From Monocercomonoides exilis PA203 (lineage: Eukaryota; Protista; Preaxostyla), in assembly GCA_001643675.2 (NCBI GenBank), contig LSRY02000006.1, positions 1,240,001 to 1,304,000 on the forward strand: a stretch of DNA of 64,000 nucleotides, read 5' to 3'. Both the position numbers and the translations under genes were made by a program. Positions 38,160 to 53,000 of the stretch are shown here, in pieces; positions within the stretch are counted from its first letter, which is position 1; the number at the start of each line of letters is the position of its first letter. The notes beneath the pieces were generated by a model. It saw nothing but the letters and a program-made list of their open reading frames with translations. It searched no databases and was not told where the DNA came from.

Positions 38160-39761
38160 TGAAAAAAGCTGTTGATTAATTGATCAACAAATAATGTAAT
38201 TGTGGGCTCTTCACTTAATTTGTATATGTTTTCATATCTGCAATCTAGCAATCTTTTTCCTCAGTTAATTTTAAATCAAGAATTTTAGAATATGTGTTTT
38301 TTTTCACAAGTTTTTTGTTATTTGAATTATCTTCTACCACAGTTATTCGTATTATCAAAAGACAAATTTTCATCTTGAAAGATGTTTTGCGTAAAAACAG
38401 TGTTTCGGAAAAATTACCTTTTAAAAAGATTAATAACATATGAAGAAATCAATATGCGTCAAGAACATATGATTGGAATAGTTCAATATTAATGTATTTT
38501 GTCAATTTCTTTGAAGCCATTTGAAGGTTCCTGCTTTTAATTATCATTGATTTTTCATTCTTTCAATCTTTTTTCCATTTGCTTTACTGAAACACTGCAG
38601 AACATGCTCCTTATGTGCTTTTTAACACAAAGTTGTTAGATCAGAATAATTTATGAATTGGATGTTCTTTTTTAAAATCACGCTATCATTAGAGTATTGA
38701 TCAAAAAATTTATCCTTATCGCGAAAACTGTAACTATTAATTTCTTGTTTATAATTTTATTGGAAAAAGTCGAATTTTCTAAATACCTTTTTCTATCTTT
38801 CTCTCACTTTTTTATTCTTTCTGACTTTTTCCTCTCTTTCTTTGTTTCTTCATTTAGCATCGAGAAATTTGTTAAGATTGCAAAATTATTCCCTTGTTAG
38901 AGGAAAAAAAGAGGGGAAAAGTCAAAGATTCATGTTTATAGCTTTTACTCTTTGTTTCAAGGACTGACATTTACATTGAAGATGTTTTCTATAACAATTT
39001 GATTGCTTATCGTGATTGCAAAACTGTTGTGCGAGTTGCGCTGAAATGCGCCGAGCCATTTATACTGCATAAAGAATGGCTGACGATCCATTCAATCATC
39101 ACTTTCTTTGAAAAGATGTTTATGCTGCTATTGAAATGAAATGAGAAATGTGTTGTTGAAATGCGATAATAAAATCCTCTATCTTAAGATTTGCATGTGT
39201 TTCTTACATCGTTTGAACAAACTATAATGCCATTATCCAGAAATTTTTCGATTTCTCATGTGCAGCCATCATCTCGCTTTAAAGAGAAAGAATGTTCTCA
39301 ATGATTCATGATTCTGAAATTGTTTCCATGTAAAAGGTCTTAATAATTTCCCAAGACAATGAAAAAAAAGTTTTTTAAAAAATTCATGAAGCTTGGAGCA
39401 TACAGGTATTCTTTCTTTACAAAACAAATGATACCCAATTCTCTCTCTCATTTCCGAAACCTCAGAAAGAAAGAATTGATCTGCTCTTCATCCTTGAAGA
39501 AATCAATGTTCTATTTAAATATAATTGCAAGGCTATGTTCATTCGTTAAATCTTGATTTTTTCTTCCCCCTCCAAATGGTTGCAACAAAGAACAACTGTG
39601 TTTAGAGTCGATTATCGGTAAGTGGCACTTTTCATTTCTGAACTGATTGGCTCAAATTATCTGTTTGCATTATTAGTCTTCATTCATAATTTCTATATTA
39701 CGTGTTGCAGCGATATTCGATTATAACAAAAAATTGACTTCATTGCAACATACTAATTCTT

Positions 39762-40229
39762 CTATTCTATTGGTTCATTCTTTTCTTTTTCAGACAATAA
39801 ATCCTGTAAAATAACATTCTTTTTTTCGCAATAATGAAAAATTTTACTGGATCTTTCATTAAAATATTCAAAGCTGTAAATAACTCTTGTCTCATCTTTC
39901 GTTCCACGAACCTTTTCCCATTGTTCACTTGTTGAGTTTTCATATCTTGTCGAATAGTGGAATAATGTTGTACTATCTTCCAATAAATCACAAATTGCAT
40001 CATATGTACGAACATCATCTCTTTCTAATGCCAATTTCCCTTCCTGAAAAAGTCTGTTAATTGCATGATATTCTTCTCCAATTGTTAAATCCTCTCTTTG
40101 TGGAATGTTATATTTATTCAAAACAGTACCCATCAAAATAGCCATTCGTGATTCGTAGTTGGGAGCCTTTGATACAGTATCGTCATAACACACTCTATAT
40201 TTACAGGTTTCTTTGTTTTCAATCATCAT
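39762..40229 (-). CDS. Hypothetical 155-aa protein (orphan or fragment of a decayed gene)
   Basis: Intronless ORF with globular, non-repetitive composition in otherwise stop-rich AT DNA. No family recognised. Confidence 0.45.
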   Translation of the reverse strand: MMIENKETCKYRVCYDDTVSKAPNYESRMAILMGTVLNKYNIPQREDLTIGEEYHAINRLFQEGKLALERDDVRTYDAICDLLEDSTTLFHYSTRYENSTSEQWEKVRGTKDETRVIYSFEYFNERSSKIFHYCEKKNVILQDLLSEKEKNEPIE

Positions 40230-41039
40230 TAACTAACTTTTTTAAATTTGGTTTTGATTGATAACAAATAATAAATTCTATTGAAAGAGATAGTTTGCAT
40301 TTTTCTTTTACAAAAATCGAAGTCAATTCATATCAATCAATAATTGTTGATAATTATAATAGATATTTTTTTTTTAAAAATCAAAACCAACTCTTTCAAA
40401 AAAGATTTTTTAACTTTATTTATCGAATAAATAATTTCTAATAACAATTAAACAATTTCCGTTTCGACATATCAAATAATAACTTGGCTGCTTTATGATA
40501 CATAGGTATTCCAACCCTGATGAATTGCATATTCAAATGAAAATTAAATAATAAATTTTCAAACAAACAAAAAAATGGAATTTTCATTTCAAAAAAGTTA
40601 ATATTCTTTCATAACATAAAATAATGAAATGATATTTCATTTATTTTCTAAATGAAAACTTAATTTTTCTGGCAGCAAAAAGCATTATCAATCATGGTTT
40701 GAGAAGAAAGCAGGAAATAATATTATCCACACAAATCAATAAAGCCTATTTAATGCAATCAATTTTAATAAACATAATGTTGAACATATGTCATTAACTT
40801 GTTTTATTCACAAATATGACAGAAAAAAAAATTTCCTTCCCCCATAATTATTTTTCATTTCTGAATAATTAAACATACCTTTGAAAAAAGGGAATTAAGT
40901 CTCAATTCAAAAGAGCTAACATATTGAGCGTTTGTTCATCGATTCAAATACATTTATATTTTGAACAATAATTTGAAAATCGCTATTTTTGCTATTCAAT
41001 TCTTTATTTTATGACTTTTTAAGTTCATAAAGTTCAAAG

Positions 41040-44000
41040 ATGATTGAACGAAGCATGCGCGTTTTTATTTCATTTACAACTTGGATATTGTGGTTTTTCC
41101 AAATTTCAACTCATTTATTTTGTCGGACACAATGCGAAGAACTCCAAAAATTTTCTACAATATATTCTAGAGAAAAATCATACATAGAATTAAAGCATCA
41201 TGCTTCCATTGCAACATTTTCTTTAATGAATTCTTCTTTAATTATTAAAACCAGTATTTTATCGATGACAGGGAATCAATCTTCCTTCTATTTAAATCAT
41301 TTTTCTAATCTTCATTTGAGGTTATGCCAAATGTTCATAACTTCAATTCATTCTCACCATTCAATTTTGTCAGAAGGAATTGTTCAGATGGAAAATATTT
41401 CGTTTAGTTTATTGGAAAATCGATTTATAACTTCTTTTGTGCATTCTTCATCTTTGAAAGGTGTTTTTGTCATAAAGCAATCGTCTTTTTCTTCATTTTC
41501 CACAAATCCACATCCAACATGTTTTGTTTCTGGACAAATTGGAGAAACTATTTTTTTGTCCAACGCTTTTGTGAACATTTCATCAAAACTGCATCCGCAT
41601 TTGGAACAGACAAAGAAATCAAAATATAACATTGCAATGAATTTCAATATGAAAGGGTGCATTTTTACGAATGTTGATAACCCATTAGAAGGGTGCTTGA
41701 TTAATATTTGGCAAAGTACGAAACGTTCGCAAATATTCAATTCATCATTTACTGGATGCAAGAGATTCTTACAAGTATCAATTATGGATTCTTTTCACGA
41801 TTTATCCATTTCACAAAAGAAAAGATCATCATCTTCTTCTTTTATAATGTCACAAATGGATTATTCATCAACCGTGGAAGAAGCTTCTTTCAGCGACTGT
41901 TCATTCACACGATGTTCAAGAGCATCCGGAAACGGAGGTGGAATTTGCGCTGTTGGAAAGGCATTAAACTTATTGCGAACTCATTTTACAAACTGCTCCG
42001 CAACAGGAAGCAATTCAAAAGGAGGATCTATATTTGTAGAAGAGCCGGAAAATACCGCATCAATTGATAGCTGCAATTTTACTTCATCATTATCCACTTC
42101 ACATGGAAGCGCAATTTCATTGTACACAACGTCTTGTTCCATTGACATAACTACCTGCTGTTTCATGCATTGCTTTTCATCGTCTGGCTATGGAGCAGTT
42201 CATATTGATGGCACAATTCCCATCGGAAGCACTTCAAAAATCCAAATGTGCGTATTTGTCAACAATTCGGGGACATACCAATTTGGCGATATATTTGCGG
42301 ACGGCTCATGTGGATCTGCAATGAGTAATAATAATGCAATATATCAATGCGTGTCTTTGAGTAATGCTCCAAGAATTAGAATGGGATCTGCTGATTTCTC
42401 TAACCTTGCAGTATTGCCAACAAATGGGACTTCAAGAGATACAATTTTTGTTGACGGAACAGCAGGATCTGACTGGGACAACTGTGGGTACCTTCAGGAA
42501 TTTTCTTGTAGGACACTTTTGTTTGCAGTGAATGTTACAAATGTTTCACGATATATCATTGATGCGAATGATGGAGAATATCCAGAGCAGCAATGGAGCC
42601 ATTCTGAGACAAAAAGAGTATCAATTAAAGGAAATCTAGATGATTTTAGCAGAGTGGTAATAACAACTTCCGACAGCACTTTGACGGAGATTTCATCAGG
42701 GTCACTCACATTCACTTCTGTAACTATTCGACATGGAGATACGTCATCTTCTTTGCTTACAGTTTTCCATTCATCCGGATCATTATCTCTGAATAAATGC
42801 TTAATTACAACAATTTCAACATCATCTTCGTTTAGTCCGCCCATAATTTTAATAAGGTCAGGGACGTTTGTTGCTGAGAAAAGTAGGTTCGTTGGATTCA
42901 AAGGCTCAAATTCAGCGTTTGTTCTAGTTGAAGGCAGTGCCGCAATCACATTTAATGAATGTAGCTTTTCAAATATTAAAAGAAACAATGGAAATGGAGC
43001 TTCAATAGAAGCTGCTCTTGACGGGTCATCACGAATGCTTGTGAACAATACAAACATAACATCATCGCAGACAATGTCAGGATGTGGAGGCGGAATTTAT
43101 GTGAATATTGGAGGAACTCTCGGACAGACTTTGCTGGTCATTGGAGCATCACAAGGAGCAGGCACCGTTGCCTTTTCAAGCTGTACTGTTAATTCGGATG
43201 TGCCCACCAATCTTGGAGGAGGCATTGGCATTCGTTTAGGATCCAACAGTGCTGGATTTGAGCTGAATGCTGCCTCATTTTCAAATTGCGGCACCACAAA
43301 CGCTCCACATGTTTTTGTTGATGCTTACAAGCTTGACAACTACATCTCTCAGACTTCATTCAGATACATAACCAACATTAACAGCGATGAGCACAACTCA
43401 ACTCTTATAGGAACCAAAAATTATGATAGAAATCGACAAATCCCTTTGATACTTTATCTGAGGGCTGCCTCACCTTCGCCAATTTATGTGAATGAAAATG
43501 GAATTGACTTCAAATACTGTGGATCTGAAGCAAATCCATGTTCCGTAATTCTTGGCGAAAGATCGTCCATCTCCAGTGCAACACAAGTTATTAAATTAAT
43601 GAATCCGTTTTCATTTCAGCAGCATTTGGCCTTTTCAACTTATTCCTTTGATATTTCTTCGCATTCGGATGCAGAGAATTACAAATTTTCATTTTTTGAT
43701 TCACCTTTTTCGACAAATTATGAAGCTCCTGTTATCGTATATTCTTCTGTTTCTCTCCAAAAGATCAAATTTTCTATGCCACAAAGCATATCTCGAATGT
43801 GCAATTCTGCTTTTCTATGCTCATCACCAACAGCAGTACTATCTATTATTTCTTGTGGATTTATTGCGATGCAAGGAATAACTCAAATTAGTTATTCTCT
43901 TGTTCGCATTACACAAGGAACAGTCTCTATAAACAACACAGCAGAAGTGCCGGCTGCGTCTTTCAACGGTGTAGCTCTGTTTGCAGCTACAGGAACGTCA

Positions 44001-47000
44001 TCAAAATTGACAATTTTCCAATGGAACAGCTCATCTACTGCACTCAAAACAACAAGCTCGAATGTTGGGCTGATTGATATCAGAGATGGTGCTTCACTTA
44101 AACTGATTTCATCTTCTTTAAAGAATATTAATTCTGAACATCCAATAATAATGTGTAATGATGGAGGTATTAACATTACAGAAACTTCGATGACAAACAT
44201 TACAAGGAATGCTGGAAATGGTGGTGCAGTTGAAGGATACTTGCAAAACTTTGACTGTTCAATAACCTCATCAAATTTTTCACAATGCTCAACCACTGCT
44301 AATCTGTCGAATGGAGGATCTTTTTATTTTTCAATTAGTAAATCAGATTCGTTATCAATTTCTGATGTGAAATTCGATCAATGCAAAGCTGCTTCGGGAA
44401 ACGTTGAAGGAAGAGGAGGAGGTATTTTCATAATTACTTCAACTTACTCGTCTCCTTTCCTCCTGACTTCTCTCACTTTCACAAACTGTAAAGCGACATT
44501 TGGAGATAACATCTTTGTTCAAGGCCACAGACTATCATTGTTTGTCAATCATTCCACATTTTCATTTGCATATTCAACAGCAAATACGAAAGAAATGATG
44601 GGAACAGACACAAACATAGACGCAAATACGTGCATTTCTCTTTTAGCTTATCTGACAGAAACTGCATATAGTGGATTTGTGTGCGTCAGTGACGTTGGAG
44701 TGAATTATATTGATTGCGGCGCTCACCAACTTAGCCCTTGCGAAACAATAAACGGAGCAATCCAATACCAAACATCTGGATCATCAAGCATGAAGCTGAA
44801 GCTTGTTAGTCCATTTTCAATGAAAAAAGAAATAACTTTATCTGACACTCAGACAGACATAACGCCTGAGACGGAAGGTCAGAGCGTACTTGTTACTGAA
44901 GACCCGCTTGGGACATCGCTCAACGGCTTCATTTCTATTTCGATTGATACATCCATCACTGGAATTACTTTCATATTTTCAGAAACATTTTCTTACAGAG
45001 CTTTCATCTACTGTACCGAAAATTCTTTAACTGTTTCGTCGTGCTCCTTAAAGAGTGCTGCTGGAGAGCCAACTGCGGAATCGCCAAGCCAGTTCCATTT
45101 CAGCTTCGTTAATTTGAACGGAAGTCGTACAACTTGTTCAGCAACAATGTCCTCTTTGACTGTTCAGAATGCTTTAATGGTTGGAAGTCCGCTTCTGAAA
45201 GTTTTCGGAGCCAGCGCTTCTTCATCAATCTCTGACTCTTCATTTGTTAATGTTAAAGCTACTGAAACTACAGGACTTTTCGATATTTCAGCAAATGGCT
45301 CTCTGACAATTGACGGAGGCTCGTCATTTTCTGATTGCAATTGCTCCTCTTCAGTTTATATATACGGCTCAAGTGCAAAATCTATTACACTTTTGAGCAT
45401 TTCTGTTTCTCGGATCAATTTTACGTCGGGGTACTTTGTAAAGCAAAACGGAGGAACTCTTATGATAGATTCTCATTCCGAGATGACTTCAATTTCAGTG
45501 AATTCTGAAGGCTTTATAAAATATTCTGGCAAAGATTCTTTCTTCATAGCTTCTTCGTTTTCTGACTTTGATTTATCGGATTCTTTTTTGATTGGCATCA
45601 CTTCAACGGAATTATCTTCGAATGTTTTTGTTGTTTCATCCTCTTTCTCTTCATTTCACATTAATTCTGGTTATCTCTTGAAATGCACTGGTCAAAGCAC
45701 GAAAACAGGAAAGCTCAATGCATCTTCTGTTACAGTTCAGTCAATCTCATCAACAAGCTATGTGCCACTTGTTGATGTTCGGGAATTTGCCGAGGGTTAT
45801 TTTGATTCAGCGCATTTTTCTATGATCAATCAGACTTCAGGATCGATTGTGCACCTTTCTTCTTGCATAAGTGTTAATATTTCTTCGTGCTCATTTGGAT
45901 CAGTCAACACAACTGATGGTTGTTGTATCGAGCTCGATACAATTAACAGTGTAAATGTAAGCGAGGTTACACTTTCATCAATCGATGTTTTAAACGGCCG
46001 TCTTATTCAATGTGAATCTTTAGTTTCTTTGTTTCTTTCCGTTTCATTATCTTCCATCACATCATCTTCATCCATACCTATTCTGAGCATTGACAATTCG
46101 AATAGCGTTACTATCAGTTCTAGTTTGTTTTCGGATATCACATCATCTTCCTCTGACTGCATTCAATGCACTGGCTGCGGAGATATTTCGGTGCAGTCGC
46201 TTTCTTTTTCTTCGATTTTATTTCAGATTGCTGGAAGCTGCTTTGCCAGCAATGGATTCGATACAGCCACGTTCCAGCAGCTCTCCTTCAGCAGTCTGAC
46301 TATCCCGTCTGGATACGCTCTTTCATTCTCTTCTGCAGGTAACGTTCAGCTCACTTCATCTAATTTCACTTCTCTGAATATAACTGATGGCGCTGCCATT
46401 ATCTGCTCCACGCTATCGCAGTTGCGCCTTTTATCAGACAACTTCACGTCGATTAACGCTTCAATCGGATCTTGCATGAAAATTTCCTCATGCAACACTT
46501 TTAACTTGAACCAATCGGTTCTGTCTTCAATATGCGGGCATGGAAATGGAGCGTCTGTGTATATATCCGAAAGCGGAGGAAATTCAGCCACGCGGGTTAT
46601 TGAGCAAACTTCGTTTCTAAACAGCAAATCATTGGACGAAGAAGAACCAAAATTGGGTGGAGCTGTATTTGTATCGTTAACAGCTTATCAATCAATGAGA
46701 GTGATGAACTCGAATTTTTCTCTTTGCAAAGTTGGAACAGAAAAAAGCAGAGGAGGTGCAATTTATTTAGGGACTAATGGACTAGGCTGCTCTTTTAACA
46801 TCTCTACATCTCAATTTGAAACCAATTCTGCTTTTCTCGGAAAGAATCTTTTTTTGACAGGCTCGAATTTAACAGCTTTATTATTCAATCAAAACAAACT
46901 GAACAGTTTTACCGCAGAACAGTTAAGTTTATCTGACAATAGAAATCAATTCAATGGCTTTGAAACCCCCGACGTGTCTCCAGTGCCTTTGTTTTTGTTT

Positions 47001-50000
47001 ATTCGCGAAAGAGGCAACTGCACAGAATCTTATGTGGATTCAATAGATCCTGCTTTTGACGCAACTCGTTCCACTTCCATATCAGGTGGACACGATTTTT
47101 CTGCTTGTGGGCTGATTGATTTTCCTTGTTTGACTATTCAAGGAGCTTTTCGAAATCGACTCACAGATACAAACTCCGCTACGATTCGAATGAAAAGCCT
47201 TTTCACTTTTCATTTATCGCATCAATTCAGCTCTTCTCTAATGTATTTGACTTCATATCCAGAAAATGGCAAAGTTGTGTTTTCTGAAAATATTCAAGTT
47301 GGAGATTCAACTTTAGCTGTTTTAACAACTTCATCCTCGTCATCTTCATCTCTTTTTATTGAAAATTCCACCTTTTCCTTACCAAATCGCTTTAGTTCTT
47401 TTGATACGTTCCTTCGTCATTCGTCAGGCTCGCAGCTTACTCTGAGAAGACTGAATTTTTGCTCTAATTCTGCAAATCTAACTTTCGATTTTGTCTTACT
47501 TCGATGCACTTCTGGTTCTCTTCATTTATCATCCACTACGTTTGAAAAATTACGATGGGCTTCTCCATCAGGAATGTTTCAATCAGATGGATCTGCTCAA
47601 ATATCACTGGAACACGTAATATTTATTGATACAGCTTCAACTTCGTCACCTCTCATTGGTGCAAATGGACATTCAACAGTAACTCTTGACAATTGCCTGT
47701 TGGATGATTCAGATTCTGATGCAAATCCAATTGCGCAACCATTTTTATCTGTTGGTTCAGGATGTTTATTAAAAATGATCGGAACAAACATTACTCACTC
47801 AGTTTTATCAACAGTATCTGCAATACAAATTGATAATCCTCAGACAGCACTAATTCAGTCATGCATTTTTCAGAATAACACGAAATTGGAAAGCAACGGA
47901 GGTTCAGTTATGATTACAGGTACATCAGGAAATGTTCACATCGAAAATTGCAAATTTGTAAAATCTTCTGTGAGTGGCAATGATCCAGATGGTGTTGGAG
48001 GAGGAGCTGTTTATGGCCAGCTTTCTGAGAGTATTGTTTTTATGTTTAATAACACTCGAATGAATGAATGCTCAGCGCCTCTAATAAATAAAGGAAAAGG
48101 TGGTGGAGTGTTTCTTGATTTGCTTGATATCAATGTCGAATTTCACTTCATAAACGCATCAGGGGCTGCCATTTGGACTGCAAATGTTGCCGAAAGAGGA
48201 AGAAATATATTTTTATCGTCTCCTAACCTCTCATTATCTTGGGATGCTGCAGAATTTGAAGGGTTTGATCCTACGAACTGGGACGATAATGATGCAAGCG
48301 GAATTTATAGCTCTGATTCAAGCAATTCAATTCCCTTGAAGCACGTGATGAAGCCTCTTCAGGTAGATATTTTCATTGATAAAAATGGTGTTGATTCCCT
48401 TCAATGCGGTTATTCCGAGTATCCATGCGAAACGCTGAAGCATTCTTTTGTTCGGCATAATCAAGAAGATCAAAATGTTACCGTTTTGTCGAGTTTTATT
48501 CAAAGATGTGAATTGGATTTGACATCTACATCATTTGCTATTCGATCCGTCTCTGGCCAAGCAAGTGCAATTATTGATCAAGATTCCGGAGAAACAAATT
48601 ACGTATTCTATATAAATACAACTGCTTCGATAAATAAAATGACATTTAACGTCAAGCAACTTCAGCCATCGATATTATATTTATTCAGAGTATATTCAGG
48701 CATAACTACATTTTCTTCATGTCAGCTAACTCCAAGCACAAATGTTGCTGGCTTTAACTTTACTCTTGCAATCGTTGAGAGAGCAACGCTGATATTAGAT
48801 TCTTTTTCTTTGAATGCTTCAGACTATCCTTCGGCAAGCATATTGACTTCGGGGTGCCCCTTGCTTTGTGCTGAGTCGATTGGCATTCTTTCAATTGCTA
48901 ACTCATCGTTCTATTCGAGATGCAACTACAATTCTGCAATGATCGTTTCGTCTGGATTCAGCCAAACAACGATTACTGGAACTCAATTTTATAATTTGAC
49001 AAATGTGCAAGCGCCTATAATGGAAGTAAGAGATTCGTCAAGTTTAACAGTTAATGGTTCGAGTTCCATCAAAGACCTCGTACAAGTTTCATCTCCTTTA
49101 ATTAATTGCGTTGGAAGATCGACAGTGTTATGCAACGATTCAGTGAGTTTTACCAACATTCAAGCGACTTCATGCGTCCTTTGTGTGTCTATCAACGTCA
49201 ATATAGACATTAAAACAACCACATTCAATCTTATTTCTTTGCAGAGTAGCACAATCATAACTTGCGAAGATCCTGCGCATCTTAATATTGAACAAAGCAT
49301 ATTTAATAATGTTCAAAACGCTAATGGAAATGGCTCATGTTTAGGAATAAGAGGAAATAATGGAATATTCGATATAAAAAATTCCAGTTTCATTGGATGC
49401 TCAGTTGCAGGAGTTAATGCATCAGGAGGAGCGATTTATGCTGTCATTTCAAGAGGAGCCACTATTCCTGTATCATTTAACATAATTAATAGTACATTTT
49501 CATCTTGTTCAGCTCCTTATTTGTCGACGTTTTTGTCGAATAGCATTCAAAACAGCAGTTTCTCTGCACGAAATTTCTTATTCACTTCTTCACGAACTAA
49601 TTCTGATGAAATTGGAAAAGGTGGAGGACTGTTTTTGCATTTGAATGATGCAGACTCTCAATTTGTTCTGGGAAACTCGACGAAATCATCTCTTTGGAAC
49701 GGAAACGCGGCCGAATATGGAAATAACATCTTCATTTCTTCTTCTGAGCTGATGACTTCAATTATCTCGGAGCATTTCCCAGCTTTTGCGTTTGACGATG
49801 CATCAGATCCTGATTTGCAGGGATATGACAACCATGATGAGTCTCTATCAATTCCGATCCGTTATTATTTGATATCTGCGGATCTGTCAATATTTGTTTC
49901 GTCTGATGGCCAGGCCGCAGATGCAACAGACTGTGGAAGGCACAATCTTTATCCTTGTCGAACACTTTCCTTTGCGTTCACTCAAAGTCTAACTGACAAC

Positions 50001-53000
50001 GAAGACACGACAATTGTTGGGAATCTCAACCATTCAGAAGTTTTGGATTTGACAAGTGGTTCGCTTGCGATTCGAAGTTATTCGGGAAATTCAATTTTGA
50101 ATATTCGGCTAAACACGAGACTGGACACATACGTGTTTCAAAGCAGTGTTCGCTTTTCCCTCTTTGATATTTCTATTAAAGTTGGAGAAACACCATCCAC
50201 GCTTGAAACATTATTTGCTGTGAAAGGCATGCGCACCACAATGTCAAACGTGAAATTAAAACCAAAAAGTTCCAGTGAAAGCTTTTCTTTTTCTTTTGCC
50301 AAGGTTACAAGTGGTGTTCTTCAAATGGAGTCATTTTCGCTTGAACTTGAAGGATCAACATCAAACGTCGCTTTATTCTCTGATATCGAAATGCTACAAG
50401 CTCAAAGCGGAGGCTCAATTGAGATCGATAATTCGAGATTTTCTTTCAGAAAACCATCCGGATCGCCTTTATTGTCAATTTTTGGTGGAGGTTCAATGAC
50501 AATCAGGAATACAGTATTCGAAAAAATGCAAAATGTCGACTCAAATATAATTTCTATCACAGATGCAGCTTCTGCAATATTAGATGGAATTACCGTCAGC
50601 GAATTGTCCTTATTGAGCACATCTGCAGTTATTGTTTCTTCTGCCAACAACAGTAACATTTCCAACTCTGAATTTTCTTTGGTTTCCAGATCAACGGGTA
50701 GTGGATCGTGCGTTGAAATGAAGGAGAATTCAGGGAATTTATCTATTTATTCTTCTGATTTTTCTGAATGCACCGTTACACAAGAGCGAGCGAAAGGAGG
50801 GGCAATTCATGCAAATGTGAAAAAAGGTCGATTTAATCTTTATTCAACTTCATTTTCAAAATGCATTGCCCCAACAACAAAAGCATCATCTACATCGACT
50901 CCGACTTCCATAGAAACAACTTACACTTGGACCCGTCGCGGCTTAGGAGGTGCTGTATCTCTTCTTCTCGAAGAAACAGAACCAGATGATCTTTGCTCGT
51001 TTTGCATTGACACATTAACTTGTGAATCAAACAATGCAGATTATGGTAAAAATCTTTTCATTTCTTCTCGAGACTTGAAACTTTCTGTAACATCTGCAAC
51101 GCTACCAGCCTTTCAACCTGATAATTGGTGGTATGGGGACATGATGGGCAGTGATGGACTCGATGACACAGAGCCACTTCCTTTGGGCTTTTGCATTCTA
51201 ACAACAGAAAATATCAGTGTATCAGATGATGGAATCGATAACATTATTTGCGGATTCGAAAACTATGCATGCAAAACGTTGGATTATTCGCAAAATCGTT
51301 CAATAAAAATAATGAACAGTACAAGCCAAGCGAAAATTATTATAAACAACAGGATTTCTCAAACTTCCACATTCCGCACAAATAATTTAATTACAAGCAT
51401 TGTTCTCACTTCCAGTGCTTCTGCCGCTTATTCTGTTATTTCTGTTGGTCCTGGTGCATCTGGAACTTGCGCAATTGAAACTTCGATTTCTTCCTTATTT
51501 TCGTTTGTATCTTTTGAAGTGCCAACGACAAGCATTCAAAAGGGAACTTTCACAACTGCTCTAGCGCATACGCAATCGACATTACAATTATCTTCTTGCA
51601 TGTTTTATCCTCGTAGCCTTGATGCTTCATCTCTTAGCTCTTTCATACTTTGTACGGGCGGAAATACTATTATCAGTAATCTCTTATTGCATTCTGTGTC
51701 ACCTTCTGAAGCTTCAAGCTTGGCAACCCCATTTTTGTTGGGAAGCGTCAATTTAATAGAAGTTAGTAATAATGCAATGGTTACTCTCGCCAATACTTCG
51801 TTTTCATACATCAGGATAAATTCGGGAAACTTCATCAGAACAGCAACTGGCGGATCTTTATCATTGAGCAAAGTAACTTTTCAAAATATTGAAAGTCAAT
51901 CTGGCTTTATTCTTACGTTTACCAATGGAACTTCTTTATTAATTGCAGAATGCACCTTTGAGAATGTGAAGAAAACTCTGAATAACCAGCAAGGAAGCCT
52001 TAACATATACAGCAACAATGCCGAAGTGAATATCGAATCTTCAACATTCACTGACTGCTCTGCTGTTGGGTCTGGTTCAACAGGTGGCGCAATCTGCGTA
52101 ACATTAGCAGGCTCTGGTTCGCTCAAAATGTTGGATGTAAGCTCTTCAGAGTGTTCTGTTCCTTTTACATCGGACGGATCAGGAAAAGGAGGATGCATGT
52201 ATTTGGAAATGATAAAGGCTGATTGCATAATTTCCTTTTCAAGAACGTCTTTACGAAATACTTGGACGAACAACAAGGCAACTGTTGGCAACAATCTCTT
52301 CATTTATTCACCAAGTCTACAGCAAACAATGCAAAGTGGAACGTTTGACCTTTTTGGAACTTGTGACACTTGGATAGATTTTGATTATGCAGGCGCATTG
52401 ACTTCTTCTCCGTATCAATTTCTTCCTCTCCAATATTTTCTTCTTACCCGTCCAAGTCCGCTAGTTGTGACGAGTGCTTCAAGTGGAAGCGATTCTCCTG
52501 TATGTGGCTTTTTGAATTATCCTTGCCAAACTCTGAACTATACATTGGCAAACGTTGCAACAGATGCAAATCCCGTTTTGGGCATATTGAATGAACTGAA
52601 TCAAAGCGCTCCAGTCACATTTGAAGACAGAGAACTTATAACAGTGACTTCAGCGCAAAGCCCAAGCAGAGCCATTCTTCGAATATTGGCTACGAGTTTT
52701 TCATCAGAAAGCATCTTTGCAATCAAATCGAATGTTGTTTTTAATTTACTGCTTTTTTCATCAACTTTGTCCAATCCTACTAACATCAAGCAGATGTTTC
52801 ATGTGCAAGCGAACAAAATTCAATTTGTGAATTGCCTTCTAAGTCCTATTGACTCGTCTTCTGCATATGTGTTTTCGTTTGTGAGATTATCTTTTGGAGA
52901 GACAATTATCAACACGTTTTCCTTTAATACCTCTTCGTATCATCAGCCTATTTTCACCCTAAGTCAAATGCTTCTTCTTGAAGATGGAAATTTGCAAATT

